IMG/VR virus record: IMGVR_UViG_2848853605_000003
DNA: 64,000 nucleotides
From: a virus
Reading direction: 5' to 3' (one strand)
Shown: positions 8,556-17,878 of the stretch, one piece after another
Layout of the letters: each line of letters opens with the position of its first letter
How positions within the stretch are numbered: the first letter of the stretch is position 1
Position numbers and translations under genes: made by a program
The notes under the pieces: generated by a model
Seen by the model: the letters and a program-made list of their open reading frames with translations, nothing else
The model's database searches: none
What the model was told of the DNA's origin: nothing

Positions 8556-9466
8556 GCAGCCTCCTTGTGCTGTTGGCTATCCTCCAGGCCGCCCAGCGCA
8601 TCCACCAGATCGACGATCAGCTCGCCAATCGTGGACGCCATCAGCAGCGCCGTCGCTTCGAACAGGCTTGCGCGGTCGTCGCCGGCCTGGCTGGCTTCGT
8701 CTTGCAGGACATCCAGCCACTTGATGCCCTTGATCTGCATCGTGTCGGTCAGCTGGAAGCGGATCTTCTCGTTCCAGATCAGGCCCAGCTTGACCACCTG
8801 CTTGCCGGTGGCGATGTGCTGGCGAATCTCGTCGCTGGTCAGGTCGATGCGGCTGACGCGGACCTCGGCGCCGTTCTCGCCGCCGTCCTTCAGCACCGCA
8901 TCGGCGTCCAGCTCGAAGCCGCCAGGCGCTTCGCCGGCGGCAAGCCAGTCCGTCATCGCGGTATGCGGCGCGATCAGGGTGCGCGGCAGCGCGGCCGGGA
9001 ACGGTGGCAGCGCCTCGCGCAGCTTGGAGACCAGCGCCTCGGCGCGCGGAGCGCTACCGGTGTCGGCGATCAGCCAGCCGCCGGCAATGAGCGCCGGCAC
9101 GCGGGACGGCTTCACGAAGGCGCGCGGCAGCAAGTCGTCGGTCACTTGGTCCTTCAGCGCCAGCTTCTCCTTGCGGCCGACCTTGCGCAGTTCCTTGGCT
9201 TCGATCTCAGCCACCTTGGTGTCGACGGCCTTGCGGATCACTGCCGGCGGCAGCACCTTGTCCTCTCGCATCAGGCTCACAAGCATGTGCCCGCGGGTCA
9301 CGAAAACCGGCTCTTCGAGGTGGGCGGCAGGCGGAACCCACCCCTCGCTGAACCAGTCGAGGCCGGCGCAAGGCTGAAACGGGCGCTTGGACAGTGCCTC
9401 GCTCAGGCTGATAGCGTCCGGCGTATCGGTGAGCCGGAACAGAGTTGCGTTGTTGAACCAGGTCAT
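8552..9466 (-). CDS. rdgC: Recombination-associated protein RdgC
   Basis: MTWFNNATLFRL...F.PC...GWVPP...EDKVLP...LLPRAF...GKQVVKLGL signature. Confidence 0.92.
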   Translation of the reverse strand: MTWFNNATLFRLTDTPDAISLSEALSKRPFQPCAGLDWFSEGWVPPAAHLEEPVFVTRGHMLVSLMREDKVLPPAVIRKAVDTKVAEIEAKELRKVGRKEKLALKDQVTDDLLPRAFVKPSRVPALIAGGWLIADTGSAPRAEALVSKLREALPPFPAALPRTLIAPHTAMTDWLAAGEAPGGFELDADAVLKDGGENGAEVRVSRIDLTSDEIRQHIATGKQVVKLGLIWNEKIRFQLTDTMQIKGIKWLDVLQDEASQAGDDRASLFEATALLMASTIGELIVDLVDALGGLEDSQQHKEAA

Positions 9467-9810
9467 GCGGCCTCCTTCAGTCCATTAACCAGCAAAGAAG
9501 TATTCGCGGCCTCGGCTGCAATGCCGGCCGCGGCGGCCGAGAGCTTGCGCATGTGCTCGGCGGTCTTGAGCAGGGCGGAAACATCCAGCTCACCGGCCAG
9601 CAGCGCGCGGATGACCTGGGCGTTCTCGGCTGTGATCTTGGACAGGTCGATGCCGTGGACGTGGACCACGTTCATTAGGGTCTGGACCGGCTTGGGGATG
9701 TTGCGCTCGTTTTCGTACCGGCTGCCGCCGGATTGGGTGACGCCGAGGACGCCCCAGAACTGCTGCTGGTTGAGGCCGGTGCTGCGGCGGATGTCGCGGG
9801 GGTTTTGCAT
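9463..9810 (-). CDS. XRE-family HTH regulator, RsaL-like
   Basis: LNQQQFWGVLGVTQSGGSRYEN..IPKPV. Confidence 0.75.
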   Translation of the reverse strand: MQNPRDIRRSTGLNQQQFWGVLGVTQSGGSRYENERNIPKPVQTLMNVVHVHGIDLSKITAENAQVIRALLAGELDVSALLKTAEHMRKLSAAAAGIAAEAANTSLLVNGLKEAA

Positions 9811-9907
9811 GATGGCTCCAGAATTGATGAAGCCCGCGCGAGGCGGGCTTGCTTGATCATGGCGGCGCGTATCCACATGCGCCGGCGGTGGGCTGTTACT
9901 GGCATTG

Positions 9908-10321
9908 CTAGAAGGGAATCCCGTCCTCGTCAAAGTCGTCTATGGGCGGTTGCGATTGTTGTTCGCGGCGGCGGGGCGGCGGGGCCTCACGCGATGGCTG
10001 CTCGGTGCCTTCCTGTCGGCCGCCTTGCAGGCTCAGTTCGTTGACGCGCACATCCGGGGACAAGCGCTTGTTGCCGTCCTTGTCCTGCCATTCCCGTAGC
10101 AACAGCTGGCCGTACACGGTCACTTGCTGGCCCTTGGCCAGGTAGTTCTTCAGCGATTCGCCGCGCTTGCCCCATATCTGGCAGCTGAACCAATTGGTGG
10201 ACTTGCGGTCGCCGTAGCCGATGTCGCTGGCCACGCGAAAGGTGAGGATCGGCTCGCCGGCCGGCGTGTAGCGAAGCTCGGCGTCGGCGGCCAGGCGGCC
10301 GTCAAAGGTGATGCTGTTCAT
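9908..10321 (-). CDS. ssb: Single-stranded DNA-binding protein
   Basis: OB-fold GRLAADAELRYTP..., acidic tail DEDGIPF. Confidence 0.95.
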   Translation of the reverse strand: MNSITFDGRLAADAELRYTPAGEPILTFRVASDIGYGDRKSTNWFSCQIWGKRGESLKNYLAKGQQVTVYGQLLLREWQDKDGNKRLSPDVRVNELSLQGGRQEGTEQPSREAPPPRRREQQSQPPIDDFDEDGIPF

Positions 10322-10328
10322 GGCGTCC

Positions 10329-11303
10329 TCAATATTGGATGGCGACGTGGCGCACTTGTTTTTTGACGATGGCGCAGACCACTGCCTTGGCTTGGTCTTC
10401 GGTCAGCCCGGTGGCCATCAGGTCGTCCAGCGCCTCGCGGTTCACCTTGGCGCGGTGGGCGGTATCTGCTGCGCGCCGGCGTTCTTCTGCGGCCTTGGCT
10501 TCGGCCTCTTGCTCTTGCCGGCGCCGCTCGGCCGTGGCGGCTTCTTCGGCAGCCTTGATGCGATCCTCTTCAGCCTTGATCGCTGCCAGCCTGGCGCGCT
10601 CCTCGGCCTCGGCCTTCTCGCGGACGGCGCGGGCCTCGGCATCCTTGGCGCGCTGCTCGGCGGCCAGGCGCTCTTGCTTGGCGCGCTCGGCGGCGAGCTT
10701 GGCTTCCAGTTCGCGTCGCATGGCCGCTTGGCGGTCGGCTTCTGCCTTCTCCTCGGCTTCGCGTCGCGCCTTCTCTTCGGCCTGCCGGGCAATCTCGGCC
10801 TCGCGCTCTCGCTGGGCGCGCAGGTCAGCTTGGCGCTTTTCCTCTGCGACCCGGTCAAACTCGCGATTCATCAGCAGGGCGATTTCGTGGTCAGTTTCGA
10901 CCTTGAGGGCGAGGGCCGCGGCTTCTTCGGCGGCCTTCTTCTCAACCGCGAGGCGCTCTTGCTCGGCTTCCCAATCGGTCAAGGGTTGGCGGACTTCATC
11001 TTTTAGCCGGTCAAGAAAGTCACGCATGTGCTTGCGGCTTTCATCAATCTGTTTCGGCAGTTCCTTCAACTCGGCTACGCGCTCTTTGGCGAGGTCGTCC
11101 AGGTAGGTTTTGGCCTTGGCCACGTTGTAGGCAACGCTGGCAATGCTCTTGCGGCTGGTCGCCGTGGACAGATCCGGCGCGATGCTCATAGCCTTGGTGC
11201 GGATCTGCTCCAATATCCCATCTAGGGTGGGGCGATGTAGAAAAACCTCCTGAACGGAGGCCTTTTCGATGACTACGAGGTCTTTGATATCTTCGGCTGC
11301 CAT
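10329..11303 (-). CDS. Phage coiled-coil protein (often annotated TolA-like)
   Basis: PDLSTATSRKSIASVAYNVAKAKT...LKDEVRQPLTDWE; Ala/Glu-rich coiled coil. Confidence 0.7.
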   Translation of the reverse strand: MAAEDIKDLVVIEKASVQEVFLHRPTLDGILEQIRTKAMSIAPDLSTATSRKSIASVAYNVAKAKTYLDDLAKERVAELKELPKQIDESRKHMRDFLDRLKDEVRQPLTDWEAEQERLAVEKKAAEEAAALALKVETDHEIALLMNREFDRVAEEKRQADLRAQREREAEIARQAEEKARREAEEKAEADRQAAMRRELEAKLAAERAKQERLAAEQRAKDAEARAVREKAEAEERARLAAIKAEEDRIKAAEEAATAERRRQEQEAEAKAAEERRRAADTAHRAKVNREALDDLMATGLTEDQAKAVVCAIVKKQVRHVAIQY

Positions 11304-11304
11304 G

Positions 11305-11919
11305 TCATGCCGCCTTCCCGTGGGTCAGCTCTTGGATGGTGCCTTCCAGCTCCGACAAGAAGGCATTGACCTCGCCCAGCATTTCAGCGATGAAGTCATC
11401 ATCGCGGGTGATCCGTTTGCAGAAATAGGCCATGTCTTCAGGCAGCCTGTCGTCGTAGCTGATGAAGTCACACCACTGGCGGCCAGTGCAGGCCATTTGC
11501 GCCTGCATCTGGATGAAATACTCTTTCCTCGGCTTTCCGGAGCGAAGCGTCTCTATATGCGTCCAGGTGTTGGGGCATTTGATTTCGATGAGGCCGTCCA
11601 GGCCGACAAGTCCGTCCGGCGATGCGCCAAAGTCCGGGATGTCGGGATGGATGACAAGGCCTGTTTCAGCGACTATTTCGCCGGTTTCCAGCATGTAAAT
11701 GGCACGGGCTTTTGGTTCGATGTCTACGCCGCGCTGCATTGCTGCAGTGGTGAACCGTTCTTCCATCTTGCCGGTCAGACGCTGGCAGATCAGTTCCGCC
11801 ATGTAGTTTTGACGGCTGGCCGCCGGGCCGGATTTGGTCCGTGCCATGATGTCGGATACTCGGGAGCCGGTGACTTTGCCCAGGCGGGCCGCAAACCATT
11901 CTTCGCTACGCTGTTCCAT
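11305..11919 (-). CDS. exo: Lambda-exonuclease/YqaJ family
   Basis: MEQRSEEWFAARLGKVTGS...GASPDGLV...EIKCP...QMQAQM. Confidence 0.93.
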   Translation of the reverse strand: MEQRSEEWFAARLGKVTGSRVSDIMARTKSGPAASRQNYMAELICQRLTGKMEERFTTAAMQRGVDIEPKARAIYMLETGEIVAETGLVIHPDIPDFGASPDGLVGLDGLIEIKCPNTWTHIETLRSGKPRKEYFIQMQAQMACTGRQWCDFISYDDRLPEDMAYFCKRITRDDDFIAEMLGEVNAFLSELEGTIQELTHGKAA

Positions 11920-11922
11920 GTC

Positions 11923-12696
11923 TTACTCCGCAAAAGGGATTTCTTCGGGTTCATCTTGGGGCGAAGCGGCCATCGCGCTTGCTTCAGCCGCGATGGTGCC
12001 CAGCCGTTGCATTTCGTCGGTTCCGATAACAGCCCGATCTGCCTTGGCAAGTCCTTGCAGGTGCGCACGCAGCGCATCAACGTTCCCAGTATTCGCAATT
12101 GCCTCGGCGGCACGGATTAGCTCGCCGCGGCGCGGGTTTTCGGCCTCGCCTTCAAAAACTCGGCCGGTTGCCGCTGGCGTAACGTCACGCTCAGCGATTC
12201 GTTCCGCCTCGTCCTGGTCGTAAATTCCAGCGAAGCCGAATGCGAGGCGGGCGCATTGAATCATGGCCTTGTGGCGCAGCATGCGCTTAGGGTGCGACTT
12301 CCATGGACCGACGCCCTCGCGTTTGCACTCGTCCATGAACTCAGTAACAGAGGTGGGCCGGCTCCGGTCCTTGCGGTAAATTTTGCAGGTGCAGCTTTCG
12401 GCATCCTGCTCAAACTCCATCCCGTCGAAGTTCTTGTCGCCGTTGATGATGCGGCTCCAGCCATCCACGCCGACGACCGGGACGATTCCGTTATTGCGAT
12501 CCGGGAAGGCGTAGATTTCCTTGGTCCAGGGGTTTAGGCCGTATTGGTTGGCGACGATCAGCAGCGCGGTCATCTGCGCATCCGTTACAGGGCCTTTGAA
12601 GGCTGTCTGCTTGAGCGTGGCCATCAGCTCAGTGCCATCGCCAAGGTTGAAGCGGCTGGCCAGCTGGCCGGTCAGTGTGGTCAGTGCGGCGCTCAT
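11923..12696 (-). CDS. bet: Recombinase Bet (Red-beta)
   Basis: LLIVANQYGLNPWTKEIYAFP...VGVDGW...PWKSHPKRMLRHKAMIQCARLAFGF. Confidence 0.95.
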   Translation of the reverse strand: MSAALTTLTGQLASRFNLGDGTELMATLKQTAFKGPVTDAQMTALLIVANQYGLNPWTKEIYAFPDRNNGIVPVVGVDGWSRIINGDKNFDGMEFEQDAESCTCKIYRKDRSRPTSVTEFMDECKREGVGPWKSHPKRMLRHKAMIQCARLAFGFAGIYDQDEAERIAERDVTPAATGRVFEGEAENPRRGELIRAAEAIANTGNVDALRAHLQGLAKADRAVIGTDEMQRLGTIAAEASAMAASPQDEPEEIPFAE

Positions 12697-12742
12697 GGAA
12701 ATCCTTTCTGCCCGAGACTCTGCCGGACATAAGAAAGCCCGC

Positions 12743-12913
12743 TTACGCAGGCTTGTGGATTGCGAACAGGATGTCTTCGACGACGTGGCGCTCGCGCTGC
12801 TTTTGGGCTGCGCGCCGGGCATGCTGAGGCGTATCTTTCAGCGACCCGCCTTGCTGGATCATCCGAGACTTCAGAGCGTTGTGCATGCGGTCCAGGGGGA
12901 TGGTTCGGCTCAT
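12743..12913 (-). CDS. Small hypothetical protein
   Basis: MSRTIPLDRMH...; ATG overlaps the upstream stop. Confidence 0.5.
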   Translation of the reverse strand: MSRTIPLDRMHNALKSRMIQQGGSLKDTPQHARRAAQKQRERHVVEDILFAIHKPA

Positions 12914-13203
12914 GCGGCCTTCCGCATCATGTCTTGCGCGTAGCTGTCGGCCGCAGCGTCCAGCATCTGGATGGTTTTGCGACGAGCGGGGCAATCCGGC
13001 ATGGAGTAGACCAGCGCCAGCACCTGTGAGGCCATCGCCATGGTGGCCTCGTTGCGGTTGGCCACGTCCGACCAGTCGATACCGTCCGCAGTGTACTGCT
13101 CGCGCATCAGCTCGAACTGGTGATCAGCAGCAGCGGCGAGCGTTTCGCCGTGAATGTGGTGTGCAATAGCGCCTTGAACAGGGCAGAAAAGACGAGCGTT
13201 CAT
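12910..13203 (-). CDS. Hypothetical protein
   Basis: MNARLFCPVQG...RKAA. Confidence 0.5.
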   Translation of the reverse strand: MNARLFCPVQGAIAHHIHGETLAAAADHQFELMREQYTADGIDWSDVANRNEATMAMASQVLALVYSMPDCPARRKTIQMLDAAADSYAQDMMRKAA

Positions 13204-13294
13204 TTCAGTTGCTCCAGGGCCTGAGCCAAAGTGACTGCGGCGAAGAAGATGGATGTGGCGATGAAGCCGCCGATGGCGTACTTGATCCGCGCCT

Positions 13295-13543
13295 TCATAG
13301 CCGCGACATCCCGGTAGGGAGGTAATCCGGCAGCATGGTGCCTGCGCGATCAAGCGCCTCGCCCTTGCTGCGAGCCAGGACGATCAGGTTGTCTACGCGG
13401 CGGCGGGTTCGCGGGAACTGGAAGTTCATGCGGTAGCCGGTAAGCGAGTGGATTGCGTAGCTGCCGGAGTTGGCCGCCTGCAGCGCGCGGCAGTTGACGT
13501 TGATCTGCGCGGCAGCCGGCGCAGGGATGGCGTTGGCGATCAT
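13295..13543 (-). CDS. Hypothetical protein
   Basis: 82-aa coupled ORF. Confidence 0.45.
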   Translation of the reverse strand: MIANAIPAPAAAQINVNCRALQAANSGSYAIHSLTGYRMNFQFPRTRRRVDNLIVLARSKGEALDRAGTMLPDYLPTGMSRL

Positions 13544-13719
13544 GCTGCTTCCTTTCGCTGAAGGGTGGCGCGCGGCTTATAGTTGGCAGCGTTGATTCGC
13601 TCCTGGCTGGCGGCGCGGATGATGGCGGAATGCCTGTTTGATGCCTGCACACCCTCAATGCGGAGGGTGGCGCCATTGGTCTTGGCGCGCGGCACGAATT
13701 CGACGGTGAAGGTGTGCAT
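13540..13719 (-). CDS. 59-aa hypothetical protein
   Basis: Manual translation MHTFTVEFVPRAKTNGATLRIEGVQAS...KEAA; RBS AAGGA. Confidence 0.55.
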   Translation of the reverse strand: MHTFTVEFVPRAKTNGATLRIEGVQASNRHSAIIRAASQERINAANYKPRATLQRKEAA

Positions 13720-13743
13720 GGCGGTTTCCTTGGAAATGGGGTG

Positions 13744-14172
13744 CTAGTCGGTGTAAGCGATGAACTTGAATCTGCCGTTGCCGAAGTGCTGGAATCTGCC
13801 TCCGAACGTCCCATTTACCAGTTTGCGGACTTCATCCGCCGTAGTGCCTGGCGGATAACAACCTTCCTTGATCATTGAGGCGTTGGTATGTGGCTTGCTG
13901 TGCCAGTCGATTTTGCTGGTATCCAGAGGCCTGGGCGTCCATGTGCGATATACGCCTGTTTCCTTGTCGACGTTGACCACGAAGTCGTTGAACACCTCGT
14001 CGTCCGCTGCCTCCCATCCACAAACAGGGCAATACTCACGAGGTGTAGTGCAGTAATGGCAAGGAGGGGAAATGTGGCAGCTGCAGTTCTCGCGCGGATG
14101 TTCTTCAATCACGCCTTGGCAGCCCATGCGCTTGCACGTCTCGCCCTCAAGTTGTCCGTACTCTTCGGCCAT
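13744..14172 (-). CDS. Cys-rich hypothetical phage protein
   Basis: CSCHISPPCHYC...CPVCGW...GTFGGRF...FKFIAYTD. Confidence 0.65.
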   Translation of the reverse strand: MAEEYGQLEGETCKRMGCQGVIEEHPRENCSCHISPPCHYCTTPREYCPVCGWEAADDEVFNDFVVNVDKETGVYRTWTPRPLDTSKIDWHSKPHTNASMIKEGCYPPGTTADEVRKLVNGTFGGRFQHFGNGRFKFIAYTD

Positions 14173-14595
14173 AACGGTCTCCAGAAAAAAGAAACCCGGC
14201 GCGAGGCCGGGCAAGTGAAGGAGAAACAAGGAGAAGCCTGCGAATCGCAGGGGTGGGGCGACTGGCATGATCCATCATCCAGCCGGGGAGGGCTTGGCCC
14301 TCGGCCCCACCGCTGAAATCAGCGGTCCTACCGGCATCAGACTACCCGCGAAGGCTGCCGGCGCTGTTGCACGGGCCTACGGTGATCTGTGGCCCACCCA
14401 TCTGCGCATATCGGTTGGGGTGCGCAACCGGAAGTTCTCCCGCCGAAGCGGCCCCGGCACAGTGCGGGGTGTCTACTCACTGCATCGCTGAACGTCTTGC
14501 GGCTCCTGCCCGGGTGGCGCCCGGTAAGCGCGGCCAGCGCTACACTTGCTCGCACAAGGCGTTCAGCAATGCAGCCGGCTGTCGCCGGCGGCGGC

Positions 14596-14775
14596 TTAGG
14601 CGGCCTTCAGCTGCTTCGGGCGGCAGGATGTCACCTTGTCGCTGCCGTCTTCCTGCACTTTGATGAAGTCGCCCTTGGCGCCCTTGGTGATGTCGATGAT
14701 CTTGCCTTTACCTTCGCGGCCGTGGATGGTGGTGAAGCTGACCGACTGGCCCTTCGTGAAACCCTGTTCGCTCAT
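14596..14775 (-). CDS. Small SH3/KOW-like protein
   Basis: MSEQGFTKGQSVSF...GKGKIIDI; RBS AAAGGA. Confidence 0.55.
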   Translation of the reverse strand: MSEQGFTKGQSVSFTTIHGREGKGKIIDITKGAKGDFIKVQEDGSDKVTSCRPKQLKAA

Positions 14776-15598
14776 GCGATGTCCTTTCGTGTTGAGGCAT
14801 TGACCTACACGGATGGCGGCTTGAGCCTGGCTTCCTGTGAGACTAACCGCGCAATCCCTATGCGCTCTCCCACCAGACGAAACCGCCATGCGTGTAGGTG
14901 GCCGCTTGCGGCGGCCAGTCGTCTGGAAAGGTTCGGCACCAGCCGCCGCTGTCGTTCGTGGACATTTAGGGCCCGTCTTGAACGACAGAGAAGTCATCCA
15001 GGCCTATCTTGTTGGCGCCCGTTTAACGACCGGGCCAGTCTCTCAAGCCGTTAAGGCCGCTCTCGCCTTTTTGCTGCTGAGCGTTCTCTCACGCCGTCAC
15101 GAATCTTTCGACCATCGTCGCGCCGCTATCGGCAATGCGGTGTGCCGTTGCATGTATAAGGCTGGTTGAGTGCGTTCTGCCGTTCGCCACTCGGCTAGTG
15201 ATCCGGTGCGCCGCAGCGCCATCCGTGGTCCGGTACTCGCCTACCACATCCACCCGTTCGCTTCCTTTGCTCGGTCGCTGGTCGTGGTCTCCAGTGCTGC
15301 AAAACTTCATTCCCCCGTTACTCGCCACGGTGGGCTTGGCGTCTCGCTGCTGCCGAGGGTGGTTCTCACGCTCGACTAACTTTCTCTGCGCCTGCGATGG
15401 CGCTGTCCCCTCTACCACGTCAGCAAGTTGATACCGGAGGGCTGTACCTTTAGGAGCGCTCACGCGCTTGCACCGGGCCATTTGGCTCCCCGCACTCACT
15501 GGCCATTGCTGGCACCGATTCGGCATTGCTGCCGGAGGGCGGTCTGTTGCTTCGTGCTGTTAAGGATCGGTGCACAGTATTGCTGTGCTGATGGGGTA

Positions 15599-15653
15599 AC
15601 AATAACCTCATGGGTTACTTTAATCAAGATGTTTTCAGTTACCTGATGGGTTA
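15599..15653 (-). promoter_or_regulatory. PL-like promoter with two repressor operators
   Basis: Minus strand TTGATT-17-TATTGT; operators TAACCT-CAT-GGGTTA (15603-15617) and TTACCT-GAT-GGGTTA (15639-15653). Confidence 0.8.
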
Positions 15654-15754
15654 TGTGTTGCTTTTCTCATACGGAGCGACGAAGAGGTAGGAGTGGGGCA
15701 GGGTGAGCTGGGTGTAAAATGCCAACGTCAAGTGATGGGTGGAGTTTATTCTCT

Positions 15755-16198
15755 ATGAGGAATATTCTTGTTGTTACCATGTTGAGCGCACTTATTTCTG
15801 GATGTGCAGCTGACCAACCGGTTATGCTCGCGCCGGATGGCAAGCCGAAATGGACCTACAGCTCCATAAGCGCAAAAGAAATTAGTAATCGAATAGTCGC
15901 GAAATGCTTGGCAGCCAAGATGAGAATTGAGTCTGCCGATGAGCAACTAATCAGCTGCTCTATACCGCCAAATTTTTACAACAAGCTGGCTATCGCCCAA
16001 GAGGTATCCACTCCGTATAAGGAGGCCAAGTCCGTTGTGACCGACTTTAAACTCCATGAGTCCGGCAGCGGAATTTTGGGGACGGCTTCTCAAAGAGTCG
16101 TTCTGATAGGGCCAAGTGGCGAGGTGTTTGAAGTGGAAATGAGGGACGGCAAGCTACAAGAAGGCCTCCAACGTGTTCTGCAGGACGTGGGGCGCTGA
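15755..16198 (+). CDS. Lipoprotein
   Basis: Signal peptide with lipobox LISG-C. Confidence 0.7.
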   Translation: MRNILVVTMLSALISGCAADQPVMLAPDGKPKWTYSSISAKEISNRIVAKCLAAKMRIESADEQLISCSIPPNFYNKLAIAQEVSTPYKEAKSVVTDFKLHESGSGILGTASQRVVLIGPSGEVFEVEMRDGKLQEGLQRVLQDVGR

Positions 16199-16288
16199 AG
16201 GCCATCAACGCGTACGAGCTGCCGGTGAACTGAGGCAGGTGGCAGTAGGCCTGGCGATGAGGCGAAAAAATCACAGGAGGGAAGGGTA

Positions 16289-16483
16289 ATGATGGGTTCT
16301 TTCTCTATTTGGCATTGGCTGATGTTCCTTGTGATGCTGGTCATCTTTCAGGTGCCTGCATGGTTGATCGTCCGGAAAGCTGGCTTCCCTGGCGTGTTGA
16401 GCATTGTCATGTGGGTTCCGGTACTCAACCTGCTGGCCTTGTGGGTGTTCGCGATGGTGCCTTGGCCTGCAACTCGAAAATAG
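16289..16483 (+). CDS. Small two-TM membrane protein
   Basis: MGSFSIWHWL...KAGFPG...VPVLNL...WP. Confidence 0.7.
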   Translation: MMGSFSIWHWLMFLVMLVIFQVPAWLIVRKAGFPGVLSIVMWVPVLNLLALWVFAMVPWPATRK

Positions 16484-16515
16484 TGCCGATCTACGCAGCT
16501 GACATTGAAAAGGGA

Positions 16516-16852
16516 ATGCGAAGACACGCTATAGCAAGCGCGTAGGAGACGGCGTCACCGCCCACTACAACTCCGCCGAGGAGCTGCAGAGGGCCGATGA
16601 TCGCGCGTTCGAATCAAGGGTGCGCGGCTTTGGGCTGCTGGTCGGCCTTGTCGGCGGTGGGTGGCTGACCTGGTCGGCGATCATGTCGCATGGCGGCGCC
16701 GAGTGGCCGAAGTTCCTGCGCCTGCTGTTCACCCTGGTCGGGGCCGCGGTGAGCTATACTTCCTGAGCATGTACATCGTGTTCGCGATGTTTGTCGCTGT
16801 GGTCGGCTGGGTGATCTGGGGTGGGATGAAGTGGCTGTGGAGTGCGGTCTAG
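16516..16852 (+). pseudogene. Frameshifted membrane-protein gene
   Basis: ATG 16516 is 1 nt out of frame with AKTRYSKRVGDGVTAHY...LFTLVGAAVS; a second shift near 16755 leads into LYFLSMYIVFAMF...WLWSAV*. Confidence 0.55.
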
Positions 16853-17168
16853 GAGGTGACGGCCGTCACACTGGCTGACTATGGACGTTCACGTAGTATG
16901 CATTCGTGGAACTTGATGCATTGCACAAAGTCGTACACTTGCAAGCTTGCGGATGTGTAGCTTTCACACTATACGTGTTGGTAAACGTGCAAAGTTAACG
17001 TTTAAACGTTTACTATCGTTGAACATGCAACGTAGAATCTAGCGCTTACCGTGCCGCAAAGGCACAACGCGCCCTGACGCGTGACGATCTTTAGACAAAC
17101 GGAAAGCTCCAACAGGCAAGTGATGTTGGAGCCTTTTTGTTTGTAAGACAATGAAAGGAAGGTGTGCA

Positions 17169-17381
17169 ATGACTAAGCACTTGAGAAACGTTCTCGAAGG
17201 CTTTGCTCAGGCCCTTCAGGTATACCCCAGCAGGGACTACGTACAGCCAAAGACAAACGGATTCGCCCAAGACCAAGCGGCATTGCGTGGCGATGCAGTC
17301 AAGATCGTCCGTGGTGTAAAACAAAATGCGGACAAAATCTATGTCAAGCAAGGTAACGCAGGCGCGGGCACAAAACGGTGA
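17169..17381 (+). CDS. Small hypothetical protein paired with the DUF2335 gene
   Basis: DQAALRGD motif; overlaps the next gene. Confidence 0.6.
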   Translation: MTKHLRNVLEGFAQALQVYPSRDYVQPKTNGFAQDQAALRGDAVKIVRGVKQNADKIYVKQGNAGAGTKR

Positions 17382-17757
17382 TCTTTCCGTAGCCGTCCAG
17401 CACCATGAAACTGACAGCCCACTACTCCCGGTAGATCAGCTTGAACGTCTCAATCAGATAGACCCAAACCTTGTAAGGTGGGTTGTTGATCAGACACAGG
17501 CTGAGGCGGAGCATCGGCGCCGCGAGCACTCCAAGACCAATATATTCATTTTTATTGAAAGAATGGGTGGTCTTATCGGTGCAGCGGTCATCGGTCTGTC
17601 AGGCATGCTGGGTGGTTCATATGTTTCCCTTCATGGTCAGCCTTGGGCTGGTGCTTCAATTGCAGGTGTAACAATTGGCACCCTCGCGGTGGCTTTCATT
17701 ACTGGACGGAAGCCGAAATCAGTGGCTCCGCCACCGGGCAGCAACTCTAAAAAATAG
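17341..17757 (+). CDS. DUF2335-like membrane protein
   Basis: PLLPVDQLERLNQIDP...AEAEHRR followed by two TM helices. Confidence 0.7.
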   Translation: MSSKVTQARAQNGDLSVAVQHHETDSPLLPVDQLERLNQIDPNLVRWVVDQTQAEAEHRRREHSKTNIFIFIERMGGLIGAAVIGLSGMLGGSYVSLHGQPWAGASIAGVTIGTLAVAFITGRKPKSVAPPPGSNSKK

Positions 17758-17878
17758 CCGGCCACAGCTGAGATCCGCGAGACGGTCTCCTGTCACTTCG
17801 ACCAGAGAAATGACAAACGCAAGTTAATGACCTTGGAATGTATGCATAATATGTTGATCAACTTTCCGACAACACATT

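Noticed and set aside
14180..15590. tRNA genes in the structured leader
   Set aside because: No cloverleaf with a T-loop GTTCRA and acceptor stem was identified.
16289..16483. TatA subunit
   Set aside because: Only the MGSFSIWHWL N-terminus resembles TatA; the FG hinge and amphipathic helix are absent.
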